Shown here piece by piece: positions 61,649-64,000 of a DNA stretch of 64,000 bases. The notes beneath the pieces were generated by a model. That model searched no databases. It worked only from the letters and a program-made list of their open reading frames with translations, and had not been told where the DNA came from. Source of the DNA: Gammaproteobacteria bacterium Ga0077536. GTDB taxonomy: Bacteria; Pseudomonadota; Gammaproteobacteria; Ga0077536. A program made the translations under genes and the position numbers. Position 1 is the stretch's first letter. The number at the start of each line of letters is the position of its first letter. The stretch lies in assembly GCA_001464935.1 (NCBI GenBank), contig LNEL01000054.1, positions 21,407-85,406 on the forward strand, read 5' to 3'.

Positions 61649-62401
61649 TCAGGCCACCGCCGACGGGAGCAGCCAGTCGTAGCCGCGTTCTTCGAGTTCG
61701 AGCGCGAGTTCGCGCGGGCCGGACTTCACGATGCGGCCCTGCGCCAGCACGTGCACGACGTCCGGCACGATGTAATCGAGCAGGCGCTGGTAGTGCGTGA
61801 CGACGAGGAACGCACGCTCGGGACTGCGCAGCTGGTTCACGCCTTCGGCGACGATGCGCAGCGCGTCGATGTCGAGCCCGGAGTCGGTTTCGTCGAGCAC
61901 CGCGAGCTTCGGCTCGAGCACGCTCATCTGGAAGACTTCGTTGCGCTTCTTCTCGCCGCCCGAGAAACCCTGGTTCACCGGCCGGTTCAGCAGGCTTTCC
62001 TTGAGACCGAGAATCTTGGTCTTCTCCTTGACGAGGTTCAGGAACTGCACCGCATCCATTTCCGGCAGGCCGCGATACTTGCGGATGCCGTTCAGCGCCG
62101 CCTTCAGCATGTAGACGTTGTTCACGCCGGGGATCTCGAGCGGGTACTGGAACGCCAGGAACACGCCTTCGCCGGCGCGCGCTTCGGGCTCGAGGCCCAG
62201 CAGATCCGTGCCGTTGAAGCTCACGCTGCCCTGGGTCACGGTGTAGCCGGGCTTGCCGGCAATCACGTGCGCGAGCGTGCTCTTGCCGGAGCCGTTCGGC
62301 CCCATGATCGCGTGGACCTGGCCGGCCGGGACTTCCAGGTTGATGCCGCGCAGGATCGGCTTGCCTTCGACTTCGACGTGGAGATTTTCAATCTTGAGCA
62401 T
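61649..62401 (-). CDS. sufC: Fe-S cluster assembly ATPase SufC
   Basis: GPNGSGKST, AFQYP, FSGGEKKR, LDETDSGLD. Confidence 0.97.
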   Translation of the reverse strand: MLKIENLHVEVEGKPILRGINLEVPAGQVHAIMGPNGSGKSTLAHVIAGKPGYTVTQGSVSFNGTDLLGLEPEARAGEGVFLAFQYPLEIPGVNNVYMLKAALNGIRKYRGLPEMDAVQFLNLVKEKTKILGLKESLLNRPVNQGFSGGEKKRNEVFQMSVLEPKLAVLDETDSGLDIDALRIVAEGVNQLRSPERAFLVVTHYQRLLDYIVPDVVHVLAQGRIVKSGPRELALELEERGYDWLLPSAVA

Positions 62402-62434
62402 GTTGTTGTCTTGCCATTGGATCTGGTGGCGGTC

Positions 62435-63880
<1,446 letters not shown>

Positions 63881-63885
63881 GGCGG

Positions 63886-64000
63886 TCAGACGTTGAAGCT
63901 TTCGCCGCAGCCGCAGGTGGCGCTGACGTTCGGGTTGTTGAACTTGAAGCCTTCGTTCAGGCCTTCGCGCGTGAAATCGACGACGGTGCCGGCGAGGAAC
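63886..64000 (-). CDS. A-type Fe-S carrier SufA/IscA (C-terminal part; truncated by window edge)
   Basis: Manual translation: [41 protein letters not shown], with the CGCGESF signature. Confidence 0.93.
   Translation of the reverse strand, partial: FLAGTVVDFTREGLNEGFKFNNPNVSATCGCGESFNV

Overview
64 kb of chromosome from a GC-rich Gammaproteobacterium. The genus cannot be assigned from sequence alone. Conserved core blocks are: TPR-lolB-ispE-tRNA-Gln-prs-rplY-pth-ychF; EVE-6S RNA-zapA-zapB-like / ygfB-pepP-ubiH-ubiI; purC; rpe-gph; phoH-gcvR / dapA-bamC-MBL; and sufA-BCDS-sufT-ndk-rlmN-pilW-rodZ-hisS-yfgM-bamB-der. Accessory genes lie between them at about 6.5-24.6 kb and 31.7-44.7 kb. Five observations stand out. 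(1) A MarR-controlled molybdopterin/tungstopterin enzyme carries the sequence hallmarks of acetylene hydratase. (2) A REP-associated tyrosine transposase (RAYT) occurs with at least 8 copies of its GTAG-type REP. (3) A second, unrelated inverted-repeat family built from a 9-nt unit nests with the REPs and sits at both ends of an apparent purC relocation. (4) A sigma54-driven divergent Amt transporter is paired with a small membrane protein instead of GlnK. (5) There is a PhoH-CHAD-ParA run and an rpe gene broken by a deletion of about 28 nt. All protein assignments come from motif recognition and recalled family sequences; no database searches were run.
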